The translations under genes were made by a program, and so were the position numbers. The notes beneath the pieces were generated by a model, which was not told the origin of the DNA, did not search any database, and saw only the letters and a list, made by a program, of their open reading frames with translations. Shown piece after piece: positions 1 through 12,800 of a stretch of 64,000 nucleotides of DNA (within the stretch, counting starts at the first letter, position 1; the number at the start of each line of letters is the position of its first letter). The stretch is from Phoronis australis (taxonomy: Eukaryota; Animalia; Phoronida): assembly GCA_002633005.1 (NCBI GenBank), contig NMRA01000011.1, positions 2,048,061 through 2,112,060 on the forward strand. The letters are read 5' to 3'.

Positions 1-2620
1 ATGTACTGCTGATTGCATTAAATTTTAATGGTGATACACTTGGCCTAGGCTTCTTCAATTAAAAACCTTACCATTCAGGTCTTAATTGCTCTGCTCATTG
101 AAGCAAACCATAGTATGTGTGCTATCCAATATGAAATGGATCGATTTGCATCCCTTTGAGATACATAGTGATAGTTGTATTGTTGACAAGCACTGTGATT
201 ATTAATTTATGTAGTTGTGGTAACAACTGAAATTTATGTAAGCACTTAGATATGGGGCCTTTTGCTTTAGAAGTGAACTTAAATACAGTTGAATGGATAA
301 AAATTGCACATGCCATGCACCCAAGGGCCAAGGGGGTGCACGTGGACATGCCGTTGTCGATTTTTGTGTGACATTACTTAAGTAAAGATTTGTAAAATTT
401 GGTACTGTGGATATTTCTTAAGGCCACTTGCTTAGAACAGTGGGTGATTCTTTATTCATCTAGGTATGTTTTGTAACAGCTATGAACTAACACGTTCCAA
501 ATTTCTTTGGAAACCTTTCCTGCAACACAGTCTAGCAAATGTAAGCCAGCATTGAGGTTGTACACTCATGTATGCACCTTGAGTTTAACCTCACTAAAGT
601 TCCATCCACTTGCAAACCCACACTAGAACAATGTGCCATGCAAGTGACCCCACGTTAAGTTAGTGAAGCGTCCAAACACACATGATTGTCCAATAGTGCA
701 ATAGGCTGCTGAGAAGTGGTTGCTTTGCGTAGTACATTGAACTGCGGATACGAATTCACCGCGAAAAAAGACCCATATGTAGGTAACCGTGTGCAAGTGC
801 ACAGCTGATAATTTTTTTCCGCTTGAGCCAGGTTTGCAGCCACCTAAGGATTAGAAGTGGTGCAAGTTGTCCTTACAACAGCTTCACACTACCTCGATGA
901 GGTGGAGTAAGTTGTCACAAGTGAGGCAAGTTGTACTAGTTTAAATGATATTCTGAGACAGCTCCCAAACCAAGTAGTACCCGCTCAAGGAGTAACTTAA
1001 TGTTCTAGGATAAGTCTGTGTTTGATGGAGGCCGCATAAGTCTCCCATCAGATTTGACTTATTGTTTTCTAACTTTATCATCGTTTGAACCATTTCCGTA
1101 ATGATGTACAACTCGTGAACCTGTTTAAACAGCAACTGGTTGGTTCTTTTATAATCAAGTGCCCTTTTTCATTGGTAATTTTTCATGAAAGCATTATTTG
1201 CCTAATTCCGGTTATGAATTCTGTGTTAATGTTATTGGGTTACTCCTGCATAACTTTTGAGAGAATCTAATATTGGTCACGAGAGACCTGAGCATTTTGA
1301 TATATGATGAGGACAGTCAATTAACAAAACATAATCAATGGTATGCAACTTATTGGATTACTTTGTTATTGTAATGACCTACATTATTATATATTGGGAT
1401 ATAATTGCGGGTGTTTAATTTGGGTCATCTCAGTCTGTGGTAAATGTAGCTGTTTTTCGTAAACTTTTTGAGGGTCGTGACATTAAAAAAATAACAGATA
1501 AGCTCCTGCCTTTATTATGAAAGCATGAATCTGTCTGACCACTACTGCGCTATCTAGTGGCAATTTCAATTTTTATCATGAAACATACTAAGCTGATGTT
1601 AAAAGTTTTGTACGCTTTGAGTACCTGTAAAAATGGAAACATTTGGCCAATTTGTAAAATAACCGTATCTCAATTATAACTGGTGAGATTGAAATTAAAT
1701 GTTTAGTGATAGGGTTCAATGCTGTGTTCTCCAAACAACTGGAGATACTTTGAAAAAAGTTAAGTCTGATAATTTTTATGAAACTACTGAAAAGCTGTGT
1801 AAGTCAAAAATGAAATGATTATTTAAAAAAACTGCCATCATTTTCAAGTATTTGTAGAAAGAAATTTGGTGAAGCATGTTCTTGATGCCATTTTTGGCTA
1901 TGAACAGAAACTTTCATTTTGCTAAGTTTTACTGAAACGACTTGGTCGAATAAATCAATTTCTGACTCTCAGGTGTTTATATTTGTGAGGGTAAAGGCTG
2001 AGCCTTACTAATATTGGTTTAGACTCATTACTATGTATTAATCTTTTTTATTTTTCAATTAAGGTTTCTTAAATGTGTTTTGAATGACTGCATTTTCTCA
2101 AAAAGTTGGTAAATCTAGTGTTGAAGGAGAAAATGATGAAACATGAGCACGTGGTTGTCTTGCAACTTACAACATTTCTTCTAATGATTTTATTGTTTAT
2201 CTGTTTAGGGGTTATTTTTTACCTACTGTTTTAATGTTATTTGTGCTTTGAGGTACTTTTTTGTTATTATAAATTACCCTTGTTTCAGCATCCATGGCGT
2301 TCTTTGCATCTCTAGAAACTGGCATGTGATGGTTGTTTATGTATCACCAGGACAATTGTATGGATCATGAATATCTTTTTAAATTATAAATACGATAAGT
2401 ATTTTGGAATTTTTATTGTGTCCTTTGTTTGTGAGATTTTTCTGTGACATGAGAAAAGTTCCGTTTAGACATCAACTTATGGCCTGGCAGAACTGATACG
2501 GAGCGAATTGACCCGTGTCAAGCGGACGTTTACACACACAACTCACTAAGGCATGCAAGACGGAATCCCGGGTGAGAATTTTACGCGTTTGACACAATCT
2601 GAAACGGTGGAGTATTGGAC

Positions 2621-2689
2621 GTGGCGTGTCAAACGTATAAAATGTGGCGTGTCAAACGTGTAAAATGTAGTGTGTCAAACGTGGCAAAA
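2621..2689. repeat. 3 x 23-bp tandem repeat (gtggcgtgtcaaacgtgtaaaat)
   Basis: Units 2621-2643, 2644-2666, 2667-2689; inverted partial unit at about 2577-2595. Confidence 0.85.
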
Positions 2690-3197
2690 ACGTGTAATTT
2701 CCGTTCTAATATAACTCCATGTTTGACACATTTAGCGTTTCAAACGTGGCGCTTTTGCCACGCTAGCATGTAATCTGTCATTGCCATGGTAGCGACCACA
2801 CATTTAGCCTGAGGCTGTGGACAAGCCACAATGTTCTTGTTTATAGCTGCTCACCATGCATACTGAAAGCAAATGTATAAAGGGATTTCTTCTTTAAGTC
2901 ACTGTTCATTGTGAAATATAATTAATCCAAAATGTGATATTGATATAGAATCTTTAAAAGGATAATGTAACTATCCAATTCTTACCACAGACAGTTGTCA
3001 ATAAATTTTATTACATCTAGAATAACATTAACACAGAAATAAGAAAATGGTTCAGCATACAAGTTTGAAGTGCTTAAAGGCGAAGGCAACCTTTTTCCAT
3101 GTCATTTTGAGGTAAAATAAGGTTGGTTGGTTATCCTAGACATATTTTCCACTTAATTACAGCTTTTCGTAATTTTATAAATTACTCGTCCGCTACT

Positions 3198-3234
3198 CCG
3201 GAAGTGACGTTTTAGGAGGCAAGCGTTTCCCGCC
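3198..3234 (+). promoter_or_regulatory. Promoter-like motifs: overlapping ETS-CRE (CCGGAAGTGACGT) and E2F-like (TTTCCCGCC)
   Basis: Exact motif strings in a locally CpG-richer patch about 560-600 bp upstream of the exon at 3795. Confidence 0.4.
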
Positions 3235-3794
3235 ACTTGGCTTTTGCGTTGACTTTACCGTGCAAATCTGGTCTATTCTACTTATGTTTTGTGCTGTTTT
3301 TCAACAATTGTCGCCACCAATTTCCATCGGCGAGTATTCTGCGGCAAGATAGGTTAGTAGAGAACTCAACTACGTTGGATTTAGGGATTGTTTAGTGTGT
3401 TGTAAGCTGAAAATGGCTGGAGTCGGTGACCCGTATCACAGTGACAGTAGTGTGAGTGACGGAGACCTTGTTCACAGCAGTGGTGACGAGGAATTTTTTC
3501 ACGGACATTCAGTNTGCCACAGTTTTGCGTTTAGACATAAAGTTGACACAGAGCAAGATGTTTGGGCACAAATTGCTATACCTCACAAACGGATGGCAAA
3601 ATTTGTCACAGCGGTGTCAATTTGCTCCGTGTCAGTCCCGTTTACACAATGGAACAACTCGTTCCGTGTCAACTTTTGAAGTGTAAACGGCACTTAAATG
3701 AGACTGCCAAAATTATTTTCCAATTTTCCAGTATTTGAAAGAATTAATATGTGCTGTTATTCCCTCAAGAGGGCGCTTTGTGCTGTTCTTGTAG

Positions 3795-3897
3795 ATGTCA
3801 CTATTCTTGATGAGTGGTATCCATTGGATGAAAATGCAGTACCGCCAAAACATGTGCTGGCCCCTATCAACGGAAAGTTTAAATACTTTTACAGCAG
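3795..3897 (+). CDS. NWD-like exon (N-terminal region)
   Basis: ttcttgtag acceptor, ag|gtaatg donor; DVTILDEWYPLDENAVPPKHVLAPIN matches the NWD WYxxDxNAVP motif; phase-2 end fits next exon. Confidence 0.85.
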
Positions 3898-6800
3898 GTA
3901 ATGCCATTTTTGTCTCATGAGAATTCAAGCCATTAGTCTAATCAATCATCCTAACCATTATAAATGATTGTGTTCACCCTGATCTTTATCTTTTTTCACT
4001 ATTCAAAGGCATTCTCAAACAAAACCAATTAAAGCTGATGAAAATCAAAACATTTTGTTTAAAGTCACCCATAAAATATTTTCCTGTTTGCTCTCTTCCT
4101 GTTCAATTGCATTGTAGGTAGCTGCTAGGTAGGTGAAATATTTAATTTTTATGGCCAGCATTCACTGTTTGGTCACCTGGCATCCGCTAGTCTATCTTCT
4201 AAACCTTACAGGCTCTTAATATTTGTTGGTATTCCTGTGAAGCTGACGATGGATGACAGCAAGTTTTGTACAAATCTGACTACCGCTGTGGCCCCCTAGT
4301 GGCAACTTAAGTATTTTATGTTTGCCACTGTTTCTTCAGAGTTCCGAGACCAATTTTCTTCAAAGTTTGAAAGTTGACTTCTATTGAGGAGACCTGAACT
4401 CTTTATCATTTATGAACGGATTTGATGCATCCTGCGCCCTCTTGTGGTCATTCTTCAGTCATTTTTTTGCGTCAACCTCTCCGTCTGCCAAACCACTCGA
4501 AAGATCATTATGAAAATAGGCATATGTGTTCATCTCGAAAAGACCATGACTGAGGTTCATTTTGGGATCGATCAGACTTCTGTCTTACCCCATAGTGGCA
4601 CTTTTATGGGTCCACTGCTGTATCTCCTTGACTGTTTGCAGGACCTTGTGATATTTGGCAAGTCTTTCTATGAAATTGTGACTATGGATGGGCATGAGTT
4701 TTGGACGGATCTGACTACCGGTATTCCCTCTTGTGGTAAAGCTACTTTTTTACATTTATGTCTGAATCTTCAGAGTTCCTTGATACATTTTCACGAAATT
4801 TGGGAAACAGATTTCTACGATATAGAGGTGACAAGGTCTTTTCATTTTCATTTAACAGATTTTACACTTACCTAGTGGCCACTTGAATTATTTTTTATTC
4901 TGGTTTATTATGTAATCACCCACCTCTTTATCCATCAGACTAACCGGGATGGGTATTAAAATTGGAAGAAGTGGTTCTACTGATAAATGCACTAGTGACA
5001 TTTGTTTTTGGACTGCTGTGGCTCTCCCTAGTGGCAAATATTTACATCCGCAGTTGTATCCCGTTAGTGTCTTGCAGTATCTTTTTTGACAAATTTATTC
5101 CAATTAACTTGACAGCAGATGGTGATTTCTTTCTGATGAATCCGACTGCCACTGTACCGTCTAATGGCAATTTGACTGTGGTTGAGATTGTGTCGGACTG
5201 GTGTGAATACTGTGTCACCCCCTAGTGGTGATTTTGTCCTTTTTTCGTCCGTGTTTACAGCTCCTTCAACCTGTGCAGGATCTTCGTGGCATTTTGTAAG
5301 TGTTTTCCTATAAATGTGGCTGCTGTCTATTATATTGATGGCCCTGAATACCGCTGTGTCCCCCCGTGACAATTTTGGCTTTCATACACACACATTCATC
5401 CTCCTCGTTCATCTGTCTGGTGTCCGCTGGCACACGTCCGGTATCCACTGCTGTGTCTCCAAAAGCCCTGGATAGAGATTAGTAAAATTATCGCAGTTAT
5501 TTTCCTGCCATGGACGGAATGACATTTTCTAATGAATTTGACTACCGTTGTGTCTCCTTAAGGGGCAATTTTTAGTCTTTCACAGTTGCCTCTGTATCTT
5601 TGGAATTCATTAATGGATTTTCATGAAATTCGGTAAATAGTTTACTGTAAAGATAGCTGTTTGTGATGCAGGTGTGGTACTCATTGCACTTCTTTTTTGC
5701 TTGTCTGGGCATGCTCATTTTTGTTCCGAAATATTATGTTTTTGCAATGGGCTTTACTCGATTGAATAGTGTTGTATTCCTCCTTGTTAACTTACCATTC
5801 CTGGTCTATATTCTGCTGCGGTCGCATGGAACGTTCTTGCGCCCGGTCGTTATGATGGTTAATTTCAGGACATTTTGTCCCATTATTCTTAGTGTGTCAC
5901 TCAGTCAACTTTAAGCCCGTTTTCCATCCAAGAAACAAGATTTTGCTTTGATCACTTAATAACTATAGAATTCGTCTCAACCTGTTCTTGAGCTCAGATT
6001 GGGAATGATTTCTGGTCATGCAAAGAACTCTGGCATTTCTTTATTTCCTGAGATCATGTTTGGCACAAAAATTAGCATGCCATATCAAGCTAACTTTTAG
6101 TGCCTGGTATTAGACATTGACGGATTGCCAGTTTTTTTAAAGCCCTGAAATCGCATCCAATTTTACTGAGGAATAATTTGATAATGGCAAGTGGCATGAG
6201 TCAAAGGCTGTTTGTGTGAAAGAAGGTGAGTTTGTTGCATATTTGAAACAACCAATTGACTGCACCCTCACTTTACAGGAGCTCAGCCAATGCCAGCCTA
6301 TGTGAGAGAGACATCTCTGGATGGTATCAGACGTTCATCAAGCTGCAGGACATTGTCCAGTATGGCAGCAGTTTGGCCTTCCAGGAGGGCCTTATTAACC
6401 AGGTACACCAACACAAACAGGAGAGATTCAGGTGGTCAGGTAAGTACTGTTGAAGGCACTCACATAATTATGTGGCTTCATCTGGTCGTCATCTCGTGTG
6501 CCCATGATGTGTATGCTTGTGTAGGCGTCCGACCTCTCTATCTTCCACATCCCTTCATAGATCTGTGTTCAACTTTGATGCTTGCAAGGACTTATCATCC
6601 ACATAGATCTAACTATCCTTTATGGCAATTTTAGTTTTCTGCATTTTTGTCATAAAAATTTCTTCAGTTGATAAGACGTTCACTGAAACTGGCAGTTGTG
6701 CTCCTACCTACAGATAAAATAATGTATTTGATAGCCCACTGCTCAGCAACTGCAGTACTTTGGCGCAGTCTCTGTCCACTGTGGGAGGAACTCTTCCTCC

Positions 6801-9800
6801 TTGGAATACGTCTCATGCAGTTGCAATATCACGCACTGTGTTGCACTTTGCAGCACATTGCTCTGTGTTCATGCATTCTGTGTTTCATTCATGCTTCTCT
6901 TGTGCCACAATTTAGAATCTGGGTAATGGAACATGATGTGCATACACCGCAATGCTTTCATGGTGATTAATATCAATTAAATAAATGTATTTCAACTTTT
7001 TTGATCTTCTCTCTGGTGATGTTTCTCTTTGATGTAGAAGTGGGTGAATTTTTTCGTTTCATGTTGACCTATAAGACATTTTTATACAGGTAGTACCATT
7101 GTCTGACTAGCACCACTCAGTGCGTAATTTCAAGGGGCCCATTAGTTTGCTAGTTTGACTGACCACACGTTTTCGACGCTGTGACATTATGGTGAGCAAA
7201 GCATCAAGAACAAATCCCAATGAAAATCAGAAAGCAGAATGTTTTTGTGCAGTGAAGACCAAGGTATGCGAACCCCCAAACCATTAGAAACAAAAATATA
7301 GTTTTTCATGTTTGATTTTTTTTTTACTTGAGTTGAGCAAAAATGAGTCGATGGAAACTGCTTATGGTGTTATGTAGTACTTTTTAAATGTAATTGTGTA
7401 GTACTTTTTCAGGTGTTGACGAACAAATACATCATGCCTTCAAGGTGAAACCCAAGCGATGTGCCTTCTTCCTCCGCAACTTTGAAAGTAAGTTCTGACT
7501 TGTGCGGCGGTTCGGTCTTCACAGCTCCTTCCATTAGGTACATGTAGATCCCATAGCCTGGAAATTAGGGATAAACAATGATCAGTCTGACGAGGATAGC
7601 TATAGACACGTCTACAGGAAAATGCTGAGACTCATTGGAAGTAGCGACATGATTTGCTGGTATTCTGTGAACACCTAATTTGCTGATATTTCCAAAACTT
7701 TGAGTAAACATGTCTTAAATAATGAAATAATTGGTTTGCAAAGTTTTAATGTTGAATCGTAATAGTGAGATATAAGCATAAAGTGACTTTCCTGTTCCAT
7801 TGTATTGTTTCCAGACATTGACTTCTCCCATCCAAATGCAGCTAACTACGCTGATGTTGGCCTGAGGGAGCAGAGCAAGTCCTTATTCAACAAACAGTCT
7901 CACGTCAGGGATAAAGTCCGCTTAAAATTGTCCACTGAAAACTTGAACTACTATAGCATCCCCTGGTGTGAGACTGGAGTATCAATAGATACTAATCCTA
8001 AACACTTGGACTATATGCATCAACTTGTTTCCGATGTTGTGAAGTCAGTTGGCTCTCTCATTGAGCTGGCGTTCAATCGAGAAACGCCCTTACCGGGTCT
8101 GTTAGCAGACATTAAATCAAGGAAGATGTACTCTGAACTGTTGGTGCAAGCCAACCATTGTGCTCAGCTACAGAAGGAGAAACTGCTTTGCTTTGAAGCA
8201 TTATTTGACAGAGTCAAGAAACTGCTTGTCACTAACTCCAAAGGTGACCACCAGGCGGTGCTTGTGCATGGTCACCATGGCTCAGGTAAATCTGTGTTTT
8301 TGGCTAAGGTTGCAAAAATTTCGGTCGATTTATTCGGCGCCAATGCAATTCTGATCACACGCTCGGTAGGTCTGACGAGAGACTCTGAAACAAGTGAGGG
8401 CATTCTGCGTAGTATCTGCTGGCAGCTCAACAAAGCTTTGTGTCAAAAAATGGTATTAAGGTGTTGTACTCTCAGTGCTCTGCTGAGCTATTTCAAGGCA
8501 TTGGTCAATCTTGCATCCAAAATGTCCCGAGAAGTCGTCCTGGTCATTGACGATATTGACTTCATCCAGTCACAAACTGTCAATGACAGTCCAAATCGTG
8601 ACTGGTTATTTGGTAAACTGTTGCCCAAGGTCCATATAATTATGTCGACCACTACTCCTCTGGACAATGAAACATTCACGGAACTCATTAACCGGTTTAC
8701 CAATAAGGATTTTGTGCTGGAACTTCATCCATTGACAGAAGCTAAGGTGCTGGAACTAATGACATCTAATCTATCCAAGCAGGGGAGAACGCTAACTAAG
8801 TCTCAGCAGAGGTATATATTGCAGGCAGCAGAGCAGTCCACAGTTCCCTTGTGGGTCAATATTGTGTGCAGTAGAGTTCAGAGGTGAGCAGGTTACTTGT
8901 TATAATATATGTATAATTACGCTGTTATGCTGTGAGGTACCCTTTGCATGATTTTATTGCACAGTCTCTGGCTAAAAAACGATCTGAGCTGATGTATTAA
9001 GCGCAAGTTCGTTCAATATGATGCTCATCAGTATCTGTATGCCGTGAAGTACATACAAGCTCGTGCATACAATTTTTCAAACTCCAAATATGTCTCTCAT
9101 CCTTTCTGCCAGAAGTTTAAGAGACTAGGAAATATTTTCTCAAGCATGAAACCATGCAAAGTAACATACGACAAAGATTAAATATCTTACCTCCACTGAG
9201 ACTTCACATACTGCATGTCGTTTTTGAATGATGAGTCAGTGAAATTTTTTGAAAACAATAAAAGACTTGGCTCTTGATATTGGCTGATACTTGAAATGTC
9301 ACAAGTTTCTAGAAACACCTTTCTAATTATGAAACATGAATTGTTCTTACCTCGGAATTCCAGATGAAGGATTCACCTTTTTTCACAGCTTGTCACTCGA
9401 GCTTTAACTCATTGGGACAATTGGCCACGCATATTCTCAAATGCTGGCACAAAAGCAAAATATTTTATATACAGTTTACTGTATAGGTCATGAATAGGTC
9501 ATGAGATTGCCTTAAATTTTTTGTTGGTTGTGTGCGAACTTGGAATATCAAAATAAATGTGGAATTTCGAGTTTGTTCAAGCTGTCTCAAGATGAAGCGA
9601 GCAGTCGTGTTTATGGGAATTGTCATGGTAGAACTCTAGCCCTGGGATACAATTGATGTCCCGCTTTTTGATACATAGTGACACTGACATCTTGTCATAC
9701 TACTGTAATTTCCCACATGACATAGCTTTATTTTCTTATTTGAATAGAGAGAAATGAAAGAAACAGGATGTTTCATGGGTTCTTGAGGCACGCGCAATTG

Positions 9801-12800
9801 TGCATTTGACTTTTGGGTGCAGTGTCTCCTTTTCGACAAAAAATGCTGGTGGGACGTTTTTGTTTGTTGTGGTAAACATTTAACCATTTGCGTTTTGAAA
9901 TAGATTTAGATGCTCCACTCTTTATCCGGGAATTCTGCTTTTCAGTCCATATGTCCGTTTTTTTCGTTTTCCAAATGAATGTTGACAACTATGGAGCAGG
10001 TGTTCATATGTCTTTTTGTCTCAAATGTTGTTATTTTTTGGATTCCACTTTCTTTACTTACATAACAATTGTACAACTGTCGGAATATCTCATTCTTATG
10101 GTTACACACATTGCATGCATCAGGGACACCATTTTTTCTTTCTGAAGGAATGAGTTTATTTACAAACAACTACGTAAAATCTTACACTGCCACCTATTGT
10201 AATGATCTATCCGCAGTTCATTCCAAACCTATACAGTCAATCGTTGTTTGTTCATGTTTTATCTATCGGAAGGCCTTATCTATCTAATAGGTTGGAGTAA
10301 TTAGTTTTTAACATTTTTGTAAATGTCACTACATCTTGAATTTTCACTGAAGAATTGTTCAAATGTCACCAAAGGTCTAATTGTGAAACCATATAATTTT
10401 GGATGAATGTGACTAAATTCTTTACAGCAACTTATGGGGGACCCAGTCCTAGATTCTTTGTCTTGATAGGTAGAAATCTTTTGAACCATAAAAATTATTT
10501 AATTGCTGGTTTAATTAGTCATTAAATAATAATAAAATCTCTGTGATTCATTTCCTTTGTTATGTTACTATTAAACTTTGTTTTTTCGCATTTTGGTTAG
10601 TGGTTTTTAGAATTAAAACAACTTTTTTAAACCTGTCAGGTATTTGAAATGATTATTTATCATATACTTCTGGTATAATCATACTCTATCAAGAACTGAT
10701 GACGTGTTTACTAATGAGAAATGGCTCTTGTGCAATTCAGTTGAAAAAGGGCAGAGTTGTGAAAAGTTTTAGTGGCACTAAATTGGTTGAGTACCTAAAG
10801 GAAGCGTTTTTTGGTATGACAGTTTTATTTTTAATGAAATATGTTTATTTGGTGAAATAGATTTTCCTTGTCTTCTGAAGTCGTGAAAAATACACTTATA
10901 TAACCTCACCTACAAGAGGACTAGTTGAAACATTCGTCAGTGACTGAGATGTCCATGGCCTTGTATTCTTATTAAAGTTAGGTGTACATGGGAGGTAAAT
11001 TGACACCTAGGTCACGGTTCAATGGGGGTGCCGAGTACGTATCTTGATAGACCCCTTGATTTTAGGTGAGTGCCAAAATAGACTCTGCCAATAATGTTGA
11101 TGCTCTCCCTGGAGACGGAATGACTGCTCACAATCTAATTGGCACTCGTATAAGTTCAAGGAATCTATCAAGATCTGTTCTCAGCAGTACCATTGAACCG
11201 TGTGTCAACTTACTTCCCAAGTACAACCACTTTGAGTCTTATGAACACAAGCACCACGGGTGCCTCAATCACTGACGAAAGCCGATTGTAGTGATTGTAG
11301 TCAGCTGAAACGTTCAAACCCCGAGTAAGTGAGCTTGCATATATTTTTTGACTCTTTTTATTTGATCATAAAATCCATTCCACCCTTGTCAGTTGGACAG
11401 CCATGTACCCGGTGCGTACACCCATACCCAGCAGTGTACGCGAGCTGTTACAGAGTCAGCTGTCTCTGCTAGATCGAAAGTGGGGCAGCCAACTTCTCTC
11501 CACCGTACTGGGTTACATCAGCCTTTCTAGCCATGGTGTCACTGAGCCAGAACTTCTTGATCTGTTATCGTCCAACCATGAAGTCCTACTGGCCGTCTAC
11601 CCAACACAAGTGCCCACCATCCTAAGGTTCCCAGCAACTCTGTGGCTGAAGATAAAACATGACCTAGGTGAGTGGTGGCAGGTGCTGCATTATGACTTGT
11701 TTGGCTATTTCTGTTGCCTGACTGACATAAAAAGGATGCAAAGGGGTCTATGCCCAATTTTCTACTGTAAACAAGCCAAGCCCATTACAGCTATGCTTGG
11801 TCTCATTTTGGTCTTGGAGGAGTAACTCTTCTGCATTAAGCGGTTTAGAATTCTGTGGACCCTTATAAAACACCAGTGCTATTCACTCCCAATAAGCCTT
11901 TTGAAATTGCCAAGGAAGGTCAGTGAAAGTAGCTCTTTGTGAACCCTGCTCTTCGTCATACAACTGTTCCAATTGGGTGTGTTAGTTAACACAGCCTGAC
12001 AAAGGCTTTATGTTTCTGGTTGTGAAGATTGATGTTTTATAACTCACTATGGGTTTTGAATAGCCCAGCCCATAATGATGTTTGACCTATTTTAGAGCTG
12101 TTGATCATTCTGCCTGACAGTGCGTCAACCTAATGTAGCTGTATGTTTGATAATTCACTTAATTCATTTCAATCTCGTGTGATGCAGTGACTGCTGCATT
12201 TTTTTCTCGTCAAATATCAGCTAAATTCCAAAAGCAAACGAATTTGGTTTTAAATTTTCTTATTTTAGATTATTGTGTGTCTGCTTTCATTCATGAGTTT
12301 CACCATAACCGTGATAGTTTGCACATTCTGTTCAGGCCTTCCAGAGGTCTTCTGCATATTCAACATTCTGTGGAAGGTCCAAATGGTAATAATTTACACA
12401 CACACTGAACAGTCCAGGTCCTCACACTGCAGGTTATTAGACCACTATCAGCATGTCCTGAGAAAGATTATAATATGATACTTGATGAAAATGGCAGTAT
12501 TTAGAGTTCCTATAAACTGTTATTCATTTTTGAATGGGAAACCGATAAAATTTTTGTCACAGTTTGATTAGCTGTTCAGATAACCCATAACAGTTTGATT
12601 GTTTTTTGTAGATTGATACTCAGTGTAATGTGTTTCAGATTAATTTTGCTTTTTATCATACAGCAGTTCTCAAAATAAACTAGACAATGTCGAAATTCAA
12701 CAAAGATTCAATGCACTATTTCTCTACTAAATATCTACTTCTTGATAACAATCTGTTTCAATGCTGGTATATTTCCACAAAATCTCATGGGGTGTTTCTC

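Noticed and set aside
1-3100. Additional upstream NWD exons
   Set aside because: No phase-compatible exon with NWD-like sequence found by eye; the gene's 5' part is presumably upstream of the window.
8530-8565. Walker B VVLVIDDIDF lacking the final Glu of the NLR-type DGxDE, suggesting a dead ATPase
   Set aside because: NWD-family proteins commonly deviate at this position and Walker A is intact; not enough evidence for inactivity.
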